Of a stretch of DNA of 64,000 nucleotides, positions 20,124 to 30,891 are shown piece after piece. Both the position numbers and the translations under genes were made by a program. Origin of the DNA: an uncultured Verrucomicrobiae bacterium (GTDB taxonomy: Bacteria; Chlamydiota; Chlamydiia; Chlamydiales; Rhabdochlamydiaceae); assembly GCA_963806855.1 (NCBI GenBank), contig CAWDYW010000003.1, positions 64,001-128,000 of the forward strand, given 5' to 3'. The notes under the pieces are model-generated. The model was not told the DNA's origin. It ran no database searches and worked only from the letters and a program-made list of their open reading frames with translations. Each line of letters opens with the position of its first letter. Within the stretch, counting starts at the first letter, position 1.

Positions 20124-20163
20124 AATTAGCAATCCATTATACTTGGGTCAAAAGGAGAAATCC

Positions 20164-20616
20164 ATGCAAAAGATTATTTCATTTCTGGGGCGCCTCTGTT
20201 TTTGTGTACCTTTTATTGTTTCGGGAATAGCAAAGATTATCCGTTGGGATGCAACAGAGCAAGAGCTTGTGAATCAGATACTTGATGTTCTGGCCAAATC
20301 ATACCAGCACGGCTGGGCCCAAATGATCCTAGACCGTATCGTTTCCCTTGCCCCTATGGTGCTCTTGATCGCCACCATTATCGAGTTGGGAGGAGCTCTT
20401 CTCATTTTAACTGGTCTTCAGGTCCGTTTGGGAGCTTTCATCCTCTGTATGTTTTTGATTCCGACCACTTATTTTTTCCACAACTTTTGGGATCTTCAGG
20501 GGAGTGCGCAAGAATTGCAAATTGTGATGTTCATGAAAAACCTCGCGATCTTTGGAGGTGGACTCACCCTGCTCGCCTTTGGTTCCGGCCAAAAAAAGGT
20601 GAATGTAAGCAAATAA
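20164..20616 (+). CDS. DoxX family membrane protein
   Basis: GR...SGIAKI, HNFW, FMKNLAIFGG. Confidence 0.88.
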   Translation: MQKIISFLGRLCFCVPFIVSGIAKIIRWDATEQELVNQILDVLAKSYQHGWAQMILDRIVSLAPMVLLIATIIELGGALLILTGLQVRLGAFILCMFLIPTTYFFHNFWDLQGSAQELQIVMFMKNLAIFGGGLTLLAFGSGQKKVNVSK

Positions 20617-20617
20617 A

Positions 20618-22219
20618 GTGACAATGTTTCTTAAAGTGGCAATGTTTCTTTTTACCTGTCTAATTGTCGCTCTTAGCCAACCCAGCTTTGTCCCATGGCT
20701 CGGGCCAATTGCGGCGGCACTGGGCTATGCCCTTTTTTGGAAATCGCTTCCACAGAAGGGGCGGTTTTGGCGAGGTACTATTTGGTATACCCTCATCAGC
20801 CTCATCCAATTATCCTGGATGTGCGCCATCGAATATCAGGGATTCTATATTCTCCTCGTTTGGCTTGCCTTGAGTATCTGCATTGGTCTGCAATTCGGCC
20901 TTCTTACTTCGATCATTTCCACACCTCTGAAGATGCTCCGGATCTTAAGCATTGCGTCCTTTTGGACTTTGATGGAGTGGGCTCGGTTCTATTTTCTTTG
21001 CGGTTACAGTTGGAATTTGAGTGGGCTTGCCCTCTCCAATCCCTATTCTTTGCAGCTGGCTTCGGTTTTCGGCATCTTAGGGCTCTCTTTTTGGGTGATT
21101 TTCTCCAATTTGCTTGGACTCAGAGCCCTTATGGAAAAGAAAGCAGCCAATTATGCCATTTGGATCGGAGCGGCCTGTTTTCCTTATCTTTTTGGGATTG
21201 CTCACTTAAGTTTCCATCAAAGTCGGATGGAAAAAACAGATCAGAAACCGTTTACCTGCCTCCTAGTTCAGACTGGTCTTTTGCCTTCACAAAAAACACT
21301 CATCGACGGGCGCCCTTTCGAATATCTCTCTGCTTACTACCAGTGGGAAAGAATATTGGATTTACTGAAAGATTCGAAACCTGCCGATTTGATTATCCTG
21401 CCTGAAGCGGCTGTCCCCTACTCCGCATACCGAAATGTCTACGATAAAGGGAGCGTCGATCAAATATTTGTTAAAGCGTTTGGTCCGGAAATAGCCAAAG
21501 CCTTCCCACCCTCCCAAGAAACTAAAGTTTCGAACGGCTATTGGGCTCAGACCCTATCCAATTTTTTTCAAAGCGAGCTGATCGTCGGTCTCGATCATGA
21601 GGATGCGACGGGAAAATTTTACACCTCAGCATTCTATGTAAAACCATTGCAAAACTCTTTAGAGAGGTACGATAAACGGATACTGTGTCCTTTGGTAGAA
21701 TATCTCCCGTTCTCCTTTCTGGCCCCCCTTGTCGAAAGCTATGGGATTACTGCATTTTATGAGCATGGCAAAGAGGCTAGGATCTTTGAGGGGAAGCTCC
21801 CGATGTCCGTGTCGATCTGCTATGAGGAAACTTTTCCACAAAATGTTCGAGAGGGTAGATTAAAAGGGGCCAAAATGCTTATTAATGTGACTAATGATGG
21901 GTGGTACCCCTTTTCCCTCCTCCCAAGCCAGCACTATGAGCATGCAAAGGTTCGGGCGGTCGAGAATGGGGCCCCACTGCTGAGAGCTTGCAATACTGGA
22001 GTAAGCGCCGCTGTAGACAGCTTAGGTCGTACAGTTGGAGCACTTGCTGAATGTTCAAAAGAAAAAAGATTGCAGGCAGGAGTGTTATTTGCTGAGATTA
22101 GCCCCTATGAATACCCAACCCTTTTCACAAAATGGGGGAATGGGGGGATATTGTGTTTATGCACAGTATTTCTAGGAGCATTTTTAATCTCAAAAAAGAG
22201 TTTTTATAGGCCAAGATGA
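20618..22219 (+). CDS. lnt: Apolipoprotein N-acyltransferase
   Basis: Transmembrane N-terminus; nitrilase motifs LPEAA, YDK, ICYE, NVTNDGW, RAVE, NTGVS. Confidence 0.93.
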   Translation: MTMFLKVAMFLFTCLIVALSQPSFVPWLGPIAAALGYALFWKSLPQKGRFWRGTIWYTLISLIQLSWMCAIEYQGFYILLVWLALSICIGLQFGLLTSIISTPLKMLRILSIASFWTLMEWARFYFLCGYSWNLSGLALSNPYSLQLASVFGILGLSFWVIFSNLLGLRALMEKKAANYAIWIGAACFPYLFGIAHLSFHQSRMEKTDQKPFTCLLVQTGLLPSQKTLIDGRPFEYLSAYYQWERILDLLKDSKPADLIILPEAAVPYSAYRNVYDKGSVDQIFVKAFGPEIAKAFPPSQETKVSNGYWAQTLSNFFQSELIVGLDHEDATGKFYTSAFYVKPLQNSLERYDKRILCPLVEYLPFSFLAPLVESYGITAFYEHGKEARIFEGKLPMSVSICYEETFPQNVREGRLKGAKMLINVTNDGWYPFSLLPSQHYEHAKVRAVENGAPLLRACNTGVSAAVDSLGRTVGALAECSKEKRLQAGVLFAEISPYEYPTLFTKWGNGGILCLCTVFLGAFLISKKSFYRPR

Positions 22220-22301
22220 GTTTGTCATTGCTAAAATCTGCTGATTTCGATACCTTTTATCATTCGGGGCAGACTCAAAAGTTTAAAAATAGAGGTGTCT
22301 G

Positions 22302-23204
22302 TTGGCAGTAACTTATGAAGTTTCTAATAAGCTCTCCCTAGGAGAGATGCTCGATCCGTCCAAACAATGGACGCTAAAGGGATCGGTATCCCTCTCAGGG
22401 ATCGGGCTTTTTACCGGCGCAAGGGCGACCATCACAATCCATCCGGCCAGAGCAAATTCGGGGATTGTCTTCCAAAGGATCGACCTCCCGGGAAAACCGC
22501 AAGTGACTGCAGATCTGGATCATGTCGTTAGCACCCCTCGCTGTACAATTTTAGGAAATCACAAATTCACCATTCACACCGTTGAACATATCCTTTCATC
22601 GTTAAGGGCTATGGGAATTGACAATGCCATCCTTGAAATTTCTGGCCCCGAAGTCCCCATCATGGATGGAAGCGCCGAACCCTTTGTCGAAGCCATTTTG
22701 AAGGGGGGGATAAAAGAGCTTGCTGAGGAAAAGGAGATTTATACCCTCGGGTATCCAGTCTGCTGGTCGAAAGGGGAAATACATCTTGTCGCAATGCCCG
22801 CTAATGAATTTCGCATCAGCTATACCCTCCATTTCCCCGAGTCAGAAGTCCTCAAATCTCAATATTTTTCAATTGCGATCAACCCCCATGACTTTGCACA
22901 ACAGATCGCTCCATGTCGCACTTTCTGCCTCTATGAAGAGATCGCTCCGTTTATCGAGAGTGGACTAATCAAAGGGGGAGGACTCGACAATGCGGTGATC
23001 ATTAAAAACGATGTGGTCATTAATCCCGATGGAGTCCGATTCTCCGATGAGATGGTCCGTCACAAAGTTCTCGATTTGATTGGCGATTTATCGCTGGTTC
23101 CCAATACATTTCATGCTCATGTGATCGCAATTCGATCTGGGCATGCATCGAATGTGGCATTCGCCCGTGAATTATCAAATCATTTAAAGCTGGAGACAGC
23201 TTAA
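22302..23204 (+). CDS. lpxC: UDP-3-O-acyl-GlcNAc deacetylase
   Basis: [26 protein letters not shown]. Confidence 0.97.
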   Translation: MAVTYEVSNKLSLGEMLDPSKQWTLKGSVSLSGIGLFTGARATITIHPARANSGIVFQRIDLPGKPQVTADLDHVVSTPRCTILGNHKFTIHTVEHILSSLRAMGIDNAILEISGPEVPIMDGSAEPFVEAILKGGIKELAEEKEIYTLGYPVCWSKGEIHLVAMPANEFRISYTLHFPESEVLKSQYFSIAINPHDFAQQIAPCRTFCLYEEIAPFIESGLIKGGGLDNAVIIKNDVVINPDGVRFSDEMVRHKVLDLIGDLSLVPNTFHAHVIAIRSGHASNVAFARELSNHLKLETA

Positions 23205-23217
23205 AAAGGACCGAAAA

Positions 23218-23692
23218 ATGGCAGCTGAAATGAAAAACGAAGTACCTGTCTTTGACATCAAAGATATCACAAAGATTCTACCTCATCGGTATCCCTTTTT
23301 GCTTGTCGACAAGATTATCGAACTGAATTTGGAAACAAATATGATCATCGGCATAAAAAATGTCACCGCAAACGAACAATTTTTTCAAGGACATTTCCCT
23401 GGTGTCCCTATCATGCCTGGATGTCCTAGTTCTTAGAAGCTCTTGGCTCAGACTGGCGGAATCCTCGTCCACCAAAAGGTCCAAAATGAGAAAATCGCTG
23501 CTACTGCTCAATGTCAATAATGCAAAATTTCGCAAGACCAGTTGTCCCAGGCGATGTCTTGACATTACATGCAGAGGGGCTCCACATCAGCAGTAAAGGG
23601 GGCAGAGTGCAAGCAGAAGCGCTATGTTGGGCGAGCAGTTGCAGCTGAAGCTGAAATTGGATTTGCTCTGATACGATAAGGAACAACTTTAA
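23218..23692 (+). pseudogene. fabZ: 3-hydroxyacyl-ACP dehydratase with multiple apparent frameshifts (probably sequencing error)
   Basis: [23 protein letters not shown]; removing single extra bases restores VLVLEALAQTGGIL...AKFRKPVVPGD...EAEIGFAL...DKEQL*. Confidence 0.9.
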
Positions 23693-23735
23693 GACGGGGA
23701 ATAAAAAGCCAGATGTAAATAAAAAATGGATACAC

Positions 23736-24579
23736 ATGTCAAATATACATCCTGCTGCAATCATCGAAGCCGGAGCAAAGATCGGAAAAATGTCACGATC
23801 GAAGCCTATGCTGTGATCAAAGGCACAGTGACATTGGAAGATAGTGTCGTCATCAAATCTCATGCATATATCGATGGCTACACGACCATCGGAGAAGGAA
23901 CGGTGATTTGGCCTTCTGCGAGCATCGGAACAAAGACGCAAGATCTAAAATTCCGCGGAGAAAAAACCTTTGTCGTCATCGGCAAAAACTGTGAAATCCG
24001 AGAGTTTTGCACGATTAACTCCTCATGCCAAGAAAACTCCGTCGTCGAAAATTGGCGATAACTGCCTGATCATGGCCTATTGTCATGTCGCTCACAATTG
24101 TGAAATCGGCAACCGCGTCATCATGGCCAACAACGCCAATCTAGCCGGACATGTCATCGTCGAAGATTTTGCCGATTATCGGAGGAATGACCCCTGTTCA
24201 CCAATATCTCCCGTATCGGTAGCTATGCGATGGTCGGAGGCTTTAGCCGCATCACACATGATGTCCCTCCTTATACCATCGGCGCTGGATCCCCTTACAA
24301 AATCGGCGGGTTGAACTTAGTCGGTCTGAAACGGCATGGATTTCCTCTAGAAGTGCGCAAAAGCTTAACCCAAGCTTTCCGCATGACTTATCGTTCAGGA
24401 CTTAGCTCTCCGAAGCTGCTCTAGACAAAGTCGAAGATGAAGTGCCCACAAACCCCCACATCAAACACTGGATCGATTTCTGCCGCAATTCGCGCCGCGG
24501 CTTAATCGGATTCCACGGGGTGACTGTTGAGCCGCAGGAAGACTTCGCCGAATTCGAAGAGATTTTAGAAGAAGTTTAA
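23736..24579 (+). pseudogene. lpxA: UDP-GlcNAc acyltransferase with multiple apparent frameshifts (probably sequencing error)
   Basis: [46 protein letters not shown] spread over several frames. Confidence 0.9.
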
Positions 24580-24597
24580 AACTCGAGTAAAGAGCAA

Positions 24598-25539
24598 TTG
24601 AGAATCATATTTTTTGGCACACCGCCATTTGCTGCACAGATTCTCAACTATCTAATTGAGAACGGCCACACCATCGTAGGCATCGTGACTCGTCCCGATA
24701 AGCCTCGCGGTCGCTCAGGGCAGCTGCTCCCCTCTGCAGTCAAAGCCTTAGCCCAAGAAAAATGGCCAACCATTCCCATTTTTCAACCTGTAAAAGCCTC
24801 CACCGATGCTTTTGTACAAGAACTAAAGCTGCTGAACCCCGATGTATTCGTCATCGTGGCCTATGGAGAGATCATCAAAGAAAACCTCCTGAAACTGCCG
24901 AGCAAAATGTGCATCAACATCCACCCCAGCTTGCTCCCTAAGTATCGTGGGGCGGCGCCGATCCAACGGGCCATCATGGCAGGAGAAAAAAAGAGTGGAG
25001 TCACCATCATTGAAATGGTTCTCCAGATGGATGCGGGGGCGATGTTAGGGATGGAAGAAGTTGCAATCGGTGAAGAGACAAATTTTGGCGAGCTACAAGC
25101 GAAATTGTGCGAAATTGCATGCCCCCTTGTGGAGCGAGTTTTAAAACAAATCGAGTTGGGGACCATTCAAAAAATCGAGCAAAATCCCAGCGAGGTTATC
25201 TTTGCTCCTAAAATTGCCTTTGAAGATCGGATTATCCATTGGGAGAAGAGCGCCGAAGAGATCCACAATCAGATCCGAGCCCTCTCGCCAGATCCTGGCG
25301 CCCTTTGCGAGTTCGAGGTCAAAGGCCAAAAAAAATGGTTGACGATTCGGCGCGCAAAACAAAATTTTAATTTATCAGGAAAAGTAGGTGAGACTCTTTC
25401 ATATAAAAAAAATGAATGGGTCATCGCCTGTGGCTTGGGGGCAATTTCCCTTCTCGAAGTTCAATTAGAGGGGAAAAAATCGATGCCCATCGATGAATTT
25501 ATCCGAGGCAATCCTACGGCGCCCTCTTCTAAATTTTAG
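24598..25539 (+). CDS. fmt: Methionyl-tRNA formyltransferase
   Basis: IFFGTPPFA, NIHPSLLPKYRGAAPIQ, MDAG. Confidence 0.97.
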   Translation: MRIIFFGTPPFAAQILNYLIENGHTIVGIVTRPDKPRGRSGQLLPSAVKALAQEKWPTIPIFQPVKASTDAFVQELKLLNPDVFVIVAYGEIIKENLLKLPSKMCINIHPSLLPKYRGAAPIQRAIMAGEKKSGVTIIEMVLQMDAGAMLGMEEVAIGEETNFGELQAKLCEIACPLVERVLKQIELGTIQKIEQNPSEVIFAPKIAFEDRIIHWEKSAEEIHNQIRALSPDPGALCEFEVKGQKKWLTIRRAKQNFNLSGKVGETLSYKKNEWVIACGLGAISLLEVQLEGKKSMPIDEFIRGNPTAPSSKF

Positions 25540-25542
25540 TAA

Positions 25543-25572
25543 TTGCCTAAAAAAATCGCTCTCTTGTATAAT
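25543..25572 (+). promoter_or_regulatory. Putative sigma66 promoter of the Inc-like cluster
   Basis: TTGCCT-N18-TATAAT upstream of ATG 25606. Confidence 0.55.
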
Positions 25573-25605
25573 TTTGGCGCTTAATAACTGTACCAAGGAA
25601 TTTTC

Positions 25606-26394
25606 ATGCCGGTAGACGCGATACAACCAATAGATTTTTTAACCCCTGAGTTTGGGGCTCACCACCACCACTCGGCTCGAAAGAATAAAGACCTTCCCGA
25701 TGTCCTTGCAGATTATGCAGAAAGATGGCCATCCTTTACTAAAGCCCTCTATGTGTTAGGTATCGACGTTCCAAAAGAGGCCGGATTAATACCAGAAGAA
25801 TATCTAGATACCGCTGATGAGCTGCGCCACTACTTGAACCTCGGTAAATTGCTCGAAGCACCTGGAAAATGGTTAAAAAATGCCAATATCTGGCGCAATC
25901 GCACAGTTACACTGCTAGAAGAGGGGCTCTCTTGGGAGGGAGTCTATATGTGGCTGCGCGGCACTAACGGAATGATCAACCCCAGCTATGATTCGATTGA
26001 TTTCCTCACCAAAGCCAATATTGTGCACATCGCCAAACCAACCCTCAACACTTTGAAAGGGGTGAATGGAGTTGGAATGGTGATCGGGTTTGGAACATCG
26101 GCTATTGATTCTGTACGCAAATTTATTAATAACGAAGATCTCGTTGAAGCCACAGGTGAAAAATATGAAGTTGCAAAAGAACAAGCGATTGTGAATCTGT
26201 TGGCGCTCGCTTACGAGATATCGCTATTTGCTCTGGGAGTCTTGACAGTTCTATCTGTCTTCTTTGCAGTTGTGGTCCCATCAGTAGCATTCGTGACATG
26301 TTCTGCAAGTTCAGTTGTCTCTCATATAACGAGATATTTCTATGAGAACATAGGGCCCGGAATGAAAAAAATTGAAAACAAGGGGAATGTATGA
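25606..26394 (+). CDS. Inc/Cap1-like hypothetical membrane protein 1
   Basis: Long bilobed C-terminal hydrophobic domain; located between fmt and rplC like C. trachomatis CT529 (Cap1). Confidence 0.65.
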   Translation: MPVDAIQPIDFLTPEFGAHHHHSARKNKDLPDVLADYAERWPSFTKALYVLGIDVPKEAGLIPEEYLDTADELRHYLNLGKLLEAPGKWLKNANIWRNRTVTLLEEGLSWEGVYMWLRGTNGMINPSYDSIDFLTKANIVHIAKPTLNTLKGVNGVGMVIGFGTSAIDSVRKFINNEDLVEATGEKYEVAKEQAIVNLLALAYEISLFALGVLTVLSVFFAVVVPSVAFVTCSASSVVSHITRYFYENIGPGMKKIENKGNV

Positions 26395-27158
26395 CAAGAA
26401 TTGGAACAGTTACAGAGTGGCTTAGACCAGGTTTCTTCAGCATTGAAACAGATAAATTATTAAATAGTCCTGAAATGGCCGATGTGGTCGAGCTAGGTGC
26501 TAATATTTGTGAATGGACCCATGAGCTAACTGGCAACGAGCAAGCAGAGCAGATTGGCGAAACCTTTGAAACGTTTGAAAAATTCTTCGCTGTCCCTGGA
26601 GCCTTCGAGAAGGCTGGAAAATTAAAAGCCAGCTGGGAGCGATGGCTGGATGGGAGAGACGCATTCACCCCAATTGTTGAAAACGGCTTGCTCCTGACCA
26701 ATAAAGTGGCTAAAGGGTTTCAGTTCTTCAATGCAATCGACGTCATTCAATTAAAAGAAGGGGTCAAAACTGCCAGAGGAGTCTTCTGGGGAACCCTAGG
26801 CGTCTTTGATTCGATTCAAGTCGTGAAGAGCATTCATGAGGCAGGAAGGCTCGGCAAGAAAATCAAAGAGACGACCGATGTTGAAAAGAAAGAAATTAGG
26901 GAGCACCGTTGGCAGATTGCTGCATTAAACGTAGTCAAATCGGTCAACGTCATCGCTCAAGCAATCATCGCCCTTATTTCGATCCTCTTCGTCAGCTTGG
27001 CTCAGGGAATTATCTTCTCCCCTGTTGTCTTCATGGGATTAACAAGCTCATGGCTTGCGCTTAATTTCGGTCTCCATTTCTACGATAAAATCGTCGATCA
27101 ATGGGATGCTGAAAGAAAAGCACGAGCTCTAGCTCCACAAGTAGCATTAGAGAGCTAA
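26391..27158 (+). CDS. Inc/Cap1-like hypothetical membrane protein 2
   Basis: Same architecture; ATGA overlap with the previous gene. Confidence 0.65.
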   Translation: MTRIGTVTEWLRPGFFSIETDKLLNSPEMADVVELGANICEWTHELTGNEQAEQIGETFETFEKFFAVPGAFEKAGKLKASWERWLDGRDAFTPIVENGLLLTNKVAKGFQFFNAIDVIQLKEGVKTARGVFWGTLGVFDSIQVVKSIHEAGRLGKKIKETTDVEKKEIREHRWQIAALNVVKSVNVIAQAIIALISILFVSLAQGIIFSPVVFMGLTSSWLALNFGLHFYDKIVDQWDAERKARALAPQVALES

Positions 27159-27161
27159 TCT

Positions 27162-27857
27162 ATGTCCACCGCCGGTATCCCTTCTTGTGCTACCGGCGGT
27201 TTTTTTGACCGATTTCACTGCGTCATCACTAATCCAGATCACATTCTAGAAGGAACAATTTGGACCGGTTGGTTTGGCTGGACAGCTGCCGATTGGACCT
27301 CTGCTGTTACTAATCGGCAGCAGGCCTATGCCCTCCCTGACGGTAGCGGAGAAAAAGCAGAAAAAGTCTGGCATGCAAACAAAAATCTTTTCTTGGCGAC
27401 CTGTTCCACAATCTCTTCCTCCTCGATGGTTATTTCATGGGTTGAAAAAGTGGGGTTGATTTCTCCCGGGGTTCTTGGGCCTGTTTTTGGCGTCATTGGT
27501 TTTGGAGGGAGCTCCATAAGCTCTCTTGTCCGGCTAGTGGAAGCCTTTCAGGAGCTTGATGAGGCCACCATCGCGTGGGGCAAGGCGCAGGATCCTAGAG
27601 TTAAGGCCGATATTGCGCTTGGCTTTGGCACCAAAATGGCCGCAATCGCTTTTTTTGTCTGTGCTGCAGCCTGGGGAGTGCTTGGCGGGGCCCAAATCAT
27701 CTTGGGAGGCGTACAGCTGGCTCTCCTGGTCGACACCCTCTTTAAATACACTGTAATCACCTTCCTGGCCTATTTTGGGTCCATTATTGGGACCGGTTTG
27801 CTCGTAAATGACTCCAAAAACCTCGTAATTCAAAAAAAGGGGCAAAATGCAGTTTAG
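27162..27857 (+). CDS. Inc/Cap1-like hypothetical membrane protein 3
   Basis: Similar size, with internal and C-terminal hydrophobic hairpins. Confidence 0.6.
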   Translation: MSTAGIPSCATGGFFDRFHCVITNPDHILEGTIWTGWFGWTAADWTSAVTNRQQAYALPDGSGEKAEKVWHANKNLFLATCSTISSSSMVISWVEKVGLISPGVLGPVFGVIGFGGSSISSLVRLVEAFQELDEATIAWGKAQDPRVKADIALGFGTKMAAIAFFVCAAAWGVLGGAQIILGGVQLALLVDTLFKYTVITFLAYFGSIIGTGLLVNDSKNLVIQKKGQNAV

Positions 27858-28101
27858 AGAATGGGTCACAATTGCCCTTGTGATGGGCCTTTTTGCCTCC
27901 TTGGTCTTCATCAGTCACCTCTCGGCTGCTTCAGGTAAAAGAATAGTTTACTCGCCTGTTCTCCAAGCAGAAAATCCCCCAAAAGCCGAGGGGGGAGAAA
28001 ATTTCTGTGGAGGAAAAATAACAATTTTGTTACGCTTTGCTTCTTTATTGGCGTCATGTAGGGATCAAGTCGATTCCTACCGAATTAAAGGAAACTGGTA
28101 A
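27847..28101 (+). CDS. Small hypothetical membrane protein
   Basis: N-terminal hydrophobic helix; overlaps both neighbours; no recognised family. Confidence 0.35.
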   Translation: MQFREWVTIALVMGLFASLVFISHLSAASGKRIVYSPVLQAENPPKAEGGENFCGGKITILLRFASLLASCRDQVDSYRIKGNW

Positions 28102-28739
28102 TGTCTCTAAGATTAATGGGAAAAAAGAAGGGGATGACCCGCATTTTTAACGAGAAAGGCGATAGCATCGTTTGTACTGTGATACAAGCTGAGCCCAATG
28201 TCGTCCTTCTTGTAAGAGAAGGCGAGAAAAACGGACCTGCAGCAGTGCAGCTAGGGGCTGAGAAAGTTCCTGCATCGAAATTAAGAAATGTGACTAAACC
28301 GCTGAAAGGTCATTTCGCAAAAGCACAAGTTGAGCCAAGACGGCATCTGTCCGAATCTAAAGTTCCTGAAGGGGAAAACTATACAGTCGGTCAGGAAGTT
28401 GGAGTGGAATACTTTGCGAATACAGCCTATGTCGACGTCTGTGGAATCTCAAAAGGTAAGGGATTTCAAGGGGTAATAAAGCGACACAATTATTCTGGGG
28501 GCCCTGCCGCTCACGGTTCTGGATTCCATCGTTCTGGGGGTTCTATTGGACAAAACACCAATCCTGGACGAGTGTTCCCTGGGAAGAAGATGGCTGGCCA
28601 TATGGGCAGTGAAAGAGTCACAACAGAATGCTTGCAAGTAGTCAAAATCGATCAGGAAAAGGGCATTATCCTAGTGAAAGGAGCCGTTCCTGGATGTCGT
28701 GGTGGCCTTGTCTACGTACGCAAATCGAAAAAAAAGTAA
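28101..28739 (+). CDS. rplC: 50S ribosomal protein L3
   Basis: GKKKGMT, SKGKGFQGVIKRH, GKKMAGHMG. Confidence 0.98.
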   Translation: MSLRLMGKKKGMTRIFNEKGDSIVCTVIQAEPNVVLLVREGEKNGPAAVQLGAEKVPASKLRNVTKPLKGHFAKAQVEPRRHLSESKVPEGENYTVGQEVGVEYFANTAYVDVCGISKGKGFQGVIKRHNYSGGPAAHGSGFHRSGGSIGQNTNPGRVFPGKKMAGHMGSERVTTECLQVVKIDQEKGIILVKGAVPGCRGGLVYVRKSKKK

Positions 28740-28755
28740 GGGAGCTTAGAAAAGC

Positions 28756-29403
28756 GTGGCAACACTAAAAAAATATGATCTCAGTGGCAAAAGCATAGGG
28801 GATGTCTCAATCGATGACGAGCTCCTTGCTGCTGAAGCAAATCCGCAGATGCTTAAAGATTATCTTATTGCTTTGAGAGCCAATCAAAGACAATGGTCGG
28901 CAAGTACTCAGGGCCGTTCAGAAGTGAACCATTCGACTAAAAAACCATTTGCCCAGAAGGGTACCGGTAATGCTCGTCAAGGGTTTCTAGGTTCACCTCA
29001 ATTCCGCGGAGGCGGTCGGGTCCATGCGCCAAAGCCCAAATTTGACCAACACGTGCGGATTAACCGCAAAGAGAGACAGTTGGCTGTTCGCAATCTTTTT
29101 GGAGATAAAATTCGAGAGAACTGCGCTCATGTTCTTCACTATACCAACCTCAAGACTCCAGAAACCAAAACACTGGCTAACTTCTTAAAAGCTTTAAATA
29201 TAACCGGCAAGCGGGTATTATTCCTTGCAGACCAAGGGGATACCGATTTCGCAACACTTTCAAAGAGCTTACGCAATATCCCAAAAGTAGAATTCATGCT
29301 TCTCCCTAGTGTTAGCGGATACGATCTAGCTCTCTGCAATCAGCTGGTTATTCTCGAATCGGCGATCGGAGAATTGAAAGAGACTCTTGGAGGGACAAAA
29401 TAA
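28756..29403 (+). CDS. rplD: 50S ribosomal protein L4
   Basis: KPFAQKGTGNARQG. Confidence 0.98.
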   Translation: MATLKKYDLSGKSIGDVSIDDELLAAEANPQMLKDYLIALRANQRQWSASTQGRSEVNHSTKKPFAQKGTGNARQGFLGSPQFRGGGRVHAPKPKFDQHVRINRKERQLAVRNLFGDKIRENCAHVLHYTNLKTPETKTLANFLKALNITGKRVLFLADQGDTDFATLSKSLRNIPKVEFMLLPSVSGYDLALCNQLVILESAIGELKETLGGTK

Positions 29404-29741
29404 TGCCAAAGAAAACTCCTTACGACATTGTCAAATCACGTTATGTGACCGAAAAGGCCCGAGTTCTTGGAGAGCTCAAGGAAAATAAGAGTAACCCATC
29501 AGTAGCAAAGTGTGCATCTCCAAAATATGTCTTTTTGGTTGATCTTAAAGCGAATAAGCAGGAAATTGCACAAGCTGTTGAGGAAATTTACGCTGAGAAA
29601 AATATCACGGTTAAGGCTGTAAACACAATCATAACCAAGCCTAAGCAGAGGCGAGTACGCGGCAGGATAGGCTATAAATCGGCATTTAAAAAAGCAGTCG
29701 TCACCCTAGCTGAGGGCGATGAACTTGGAGAAACTGTTTAA
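29403..29741 (+). CDS. rplW: 50S ribosomal protein L23
   Basis: TEKA, ANKQEI, KKAVVTL. Confidence 0.96.
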   Translation: MPKKTPYDIVKSRYVTEKARVLGELKENKSNPSVAKCASPKYVFLVDLKANKQEIAQAVEEIYAEKNITVKAVNTIITKPKQRRVRGRIGYKSAFKKAVVTLAEGDELGETV

Positions 29742-29749
29742 GGTAACGT

Positions 29750-30583
29750 ATGACTAAGAAATTTCGTCCAATTACACCTGGGCAGCGCTGGCTAGTATTG
29801 CCAAGCAATGATCAACTTACTCGCGAAGGGAAAAAAACCGTAGAGCCTCTTAAAGCTCTAATGGAAATCAAAACACGCATAAATGGGCGTAACCATCATG
29901 GACGCATCACATGTCGTCATCGTGGTGGCGGTCATAAGCGGTTTTATCGCATTATCGATTTCAAGAGAGATAAAGAAAATATCCCAGCAAATGTGGCTTC
30001 AATTGAATACGATCCAAACCGTTCAGCCCACATTGCCCTTCTTCACTACGTAGATGGTGAAAAGAGATACATTTTGGCTCCTGAAGGGTTAAAAGCTGGT
30101 GATACAGTCATGACAGGTGACAAGGCCTCTTTTGAAGTAGGATGCTGCATGCGCCTAAAAGCGATCCCCCTTGGGGCAGTAGTCCACAATGTTGAGCTGG
30201 TGCCTGGCAAAGGTGGCAAAATCGTCCGCTCAGCAGGGATGTCAGCACAGCTGATGGCCCGTAGCGGTGGCTATGCGACCCTCAAAATGCCCTCAGGCGA
30301 AGTGCGATTAATCAATGAAGAATGCCGCGCATCACTTGGAGTTGTCTCCAATGGAGAGCAATTGCTGAGAGCCGAAGGAAAAGCAGGTAGAAAACGTTGG
30401 CAAGGGATCCGCCCTACAGTGCGGGGAACTGCGATGAACCCTGTTGACCACCCACACGGGGGAGGAGAAGGAAAGCACAACGGTTATATTCCTCAGACAC
30501 CCTGGGCTATGTACACAAAAGGCTATCGTACAAGGCCGAAGAATAAGAGCAATAAGTGGATTGTAAAACGGCGTAAGAAATAG
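29750..30583 (+). CDS. rplB: 50S ribosomal protein L2
   Basis: [21 protein letters not shown]. Confidence 0.99.
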   Translation: MTKKFRPITPGQRWLVLPSNDQLTREGKKTVEPLKALMEIKTRINGRNHHGRITCRHRGGGHKRFYRIIDFKRDKENIPANVASIEYDPNRSAHIALLHYVDGEKRYILAPEGLKAGDTVMTGDKASFEVGCCMRLKAIPLGAVVHNVELVPGKGGKIVRSAGMSAQLMARSGGYATLKMPSGEVRLINEECRASLGVVSNGEQLLRAEGKAGRKRWQGIRPTVRGTAMNPVDHPHGGGEGKHNGYIPQTPWAMYTKGYRTRPKNKSNKWIVKRRKK

Positions 30584-30591
30584 GAAAATGT

Positions 30592-30888
30592 ATGGGAAGA
30601 TCTCTTAGAAAAGGACCCTTTGTCGACCACCATCTGATGGAAAAGGTCGAAAAACAGAATAGAGAGGGGACAAAAAAGGCGATTAAAACATGGTCTCGCC
30701 GATCAATGGTGATACCTGATATGATTGGACATACTTTTGAAGTCCACAATGGAAGGAAGTTCCTCGCAGTGTTTGTTACAGAGAACATGGTGGGACATCG
30801 ATTGGGAGAATTTTCTCCGACCAGAACATTTAAAGGTCACCCAATTAAGAAAGCAGAAGCACCAAAACCAGCACCAAAGCAAGGGTAA
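30592..30888 (+). CDS. rpsS: 30S ribosomal protein S19
   Basis: [25 protein letters not shown]. Confidence 0.98.
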   Translation: MGRSLRKGPFVDHHLMEKVEKQNREGTKKAIKTWSRRSMVIPDMIGHTFEVHNGRKFLAVFVTENMVGHRLGEFSPTRTFKGHPIKKAEAPKPAPKQG

Positions 30889-30891
30889 AGT

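Noticed and set aside
23218..24579. Programmed frameshifting or phase variation in fabZ/lpxA
   Set aside because: Too many indels, mostly outside slippery runs; sequencing error is more parsimonious.
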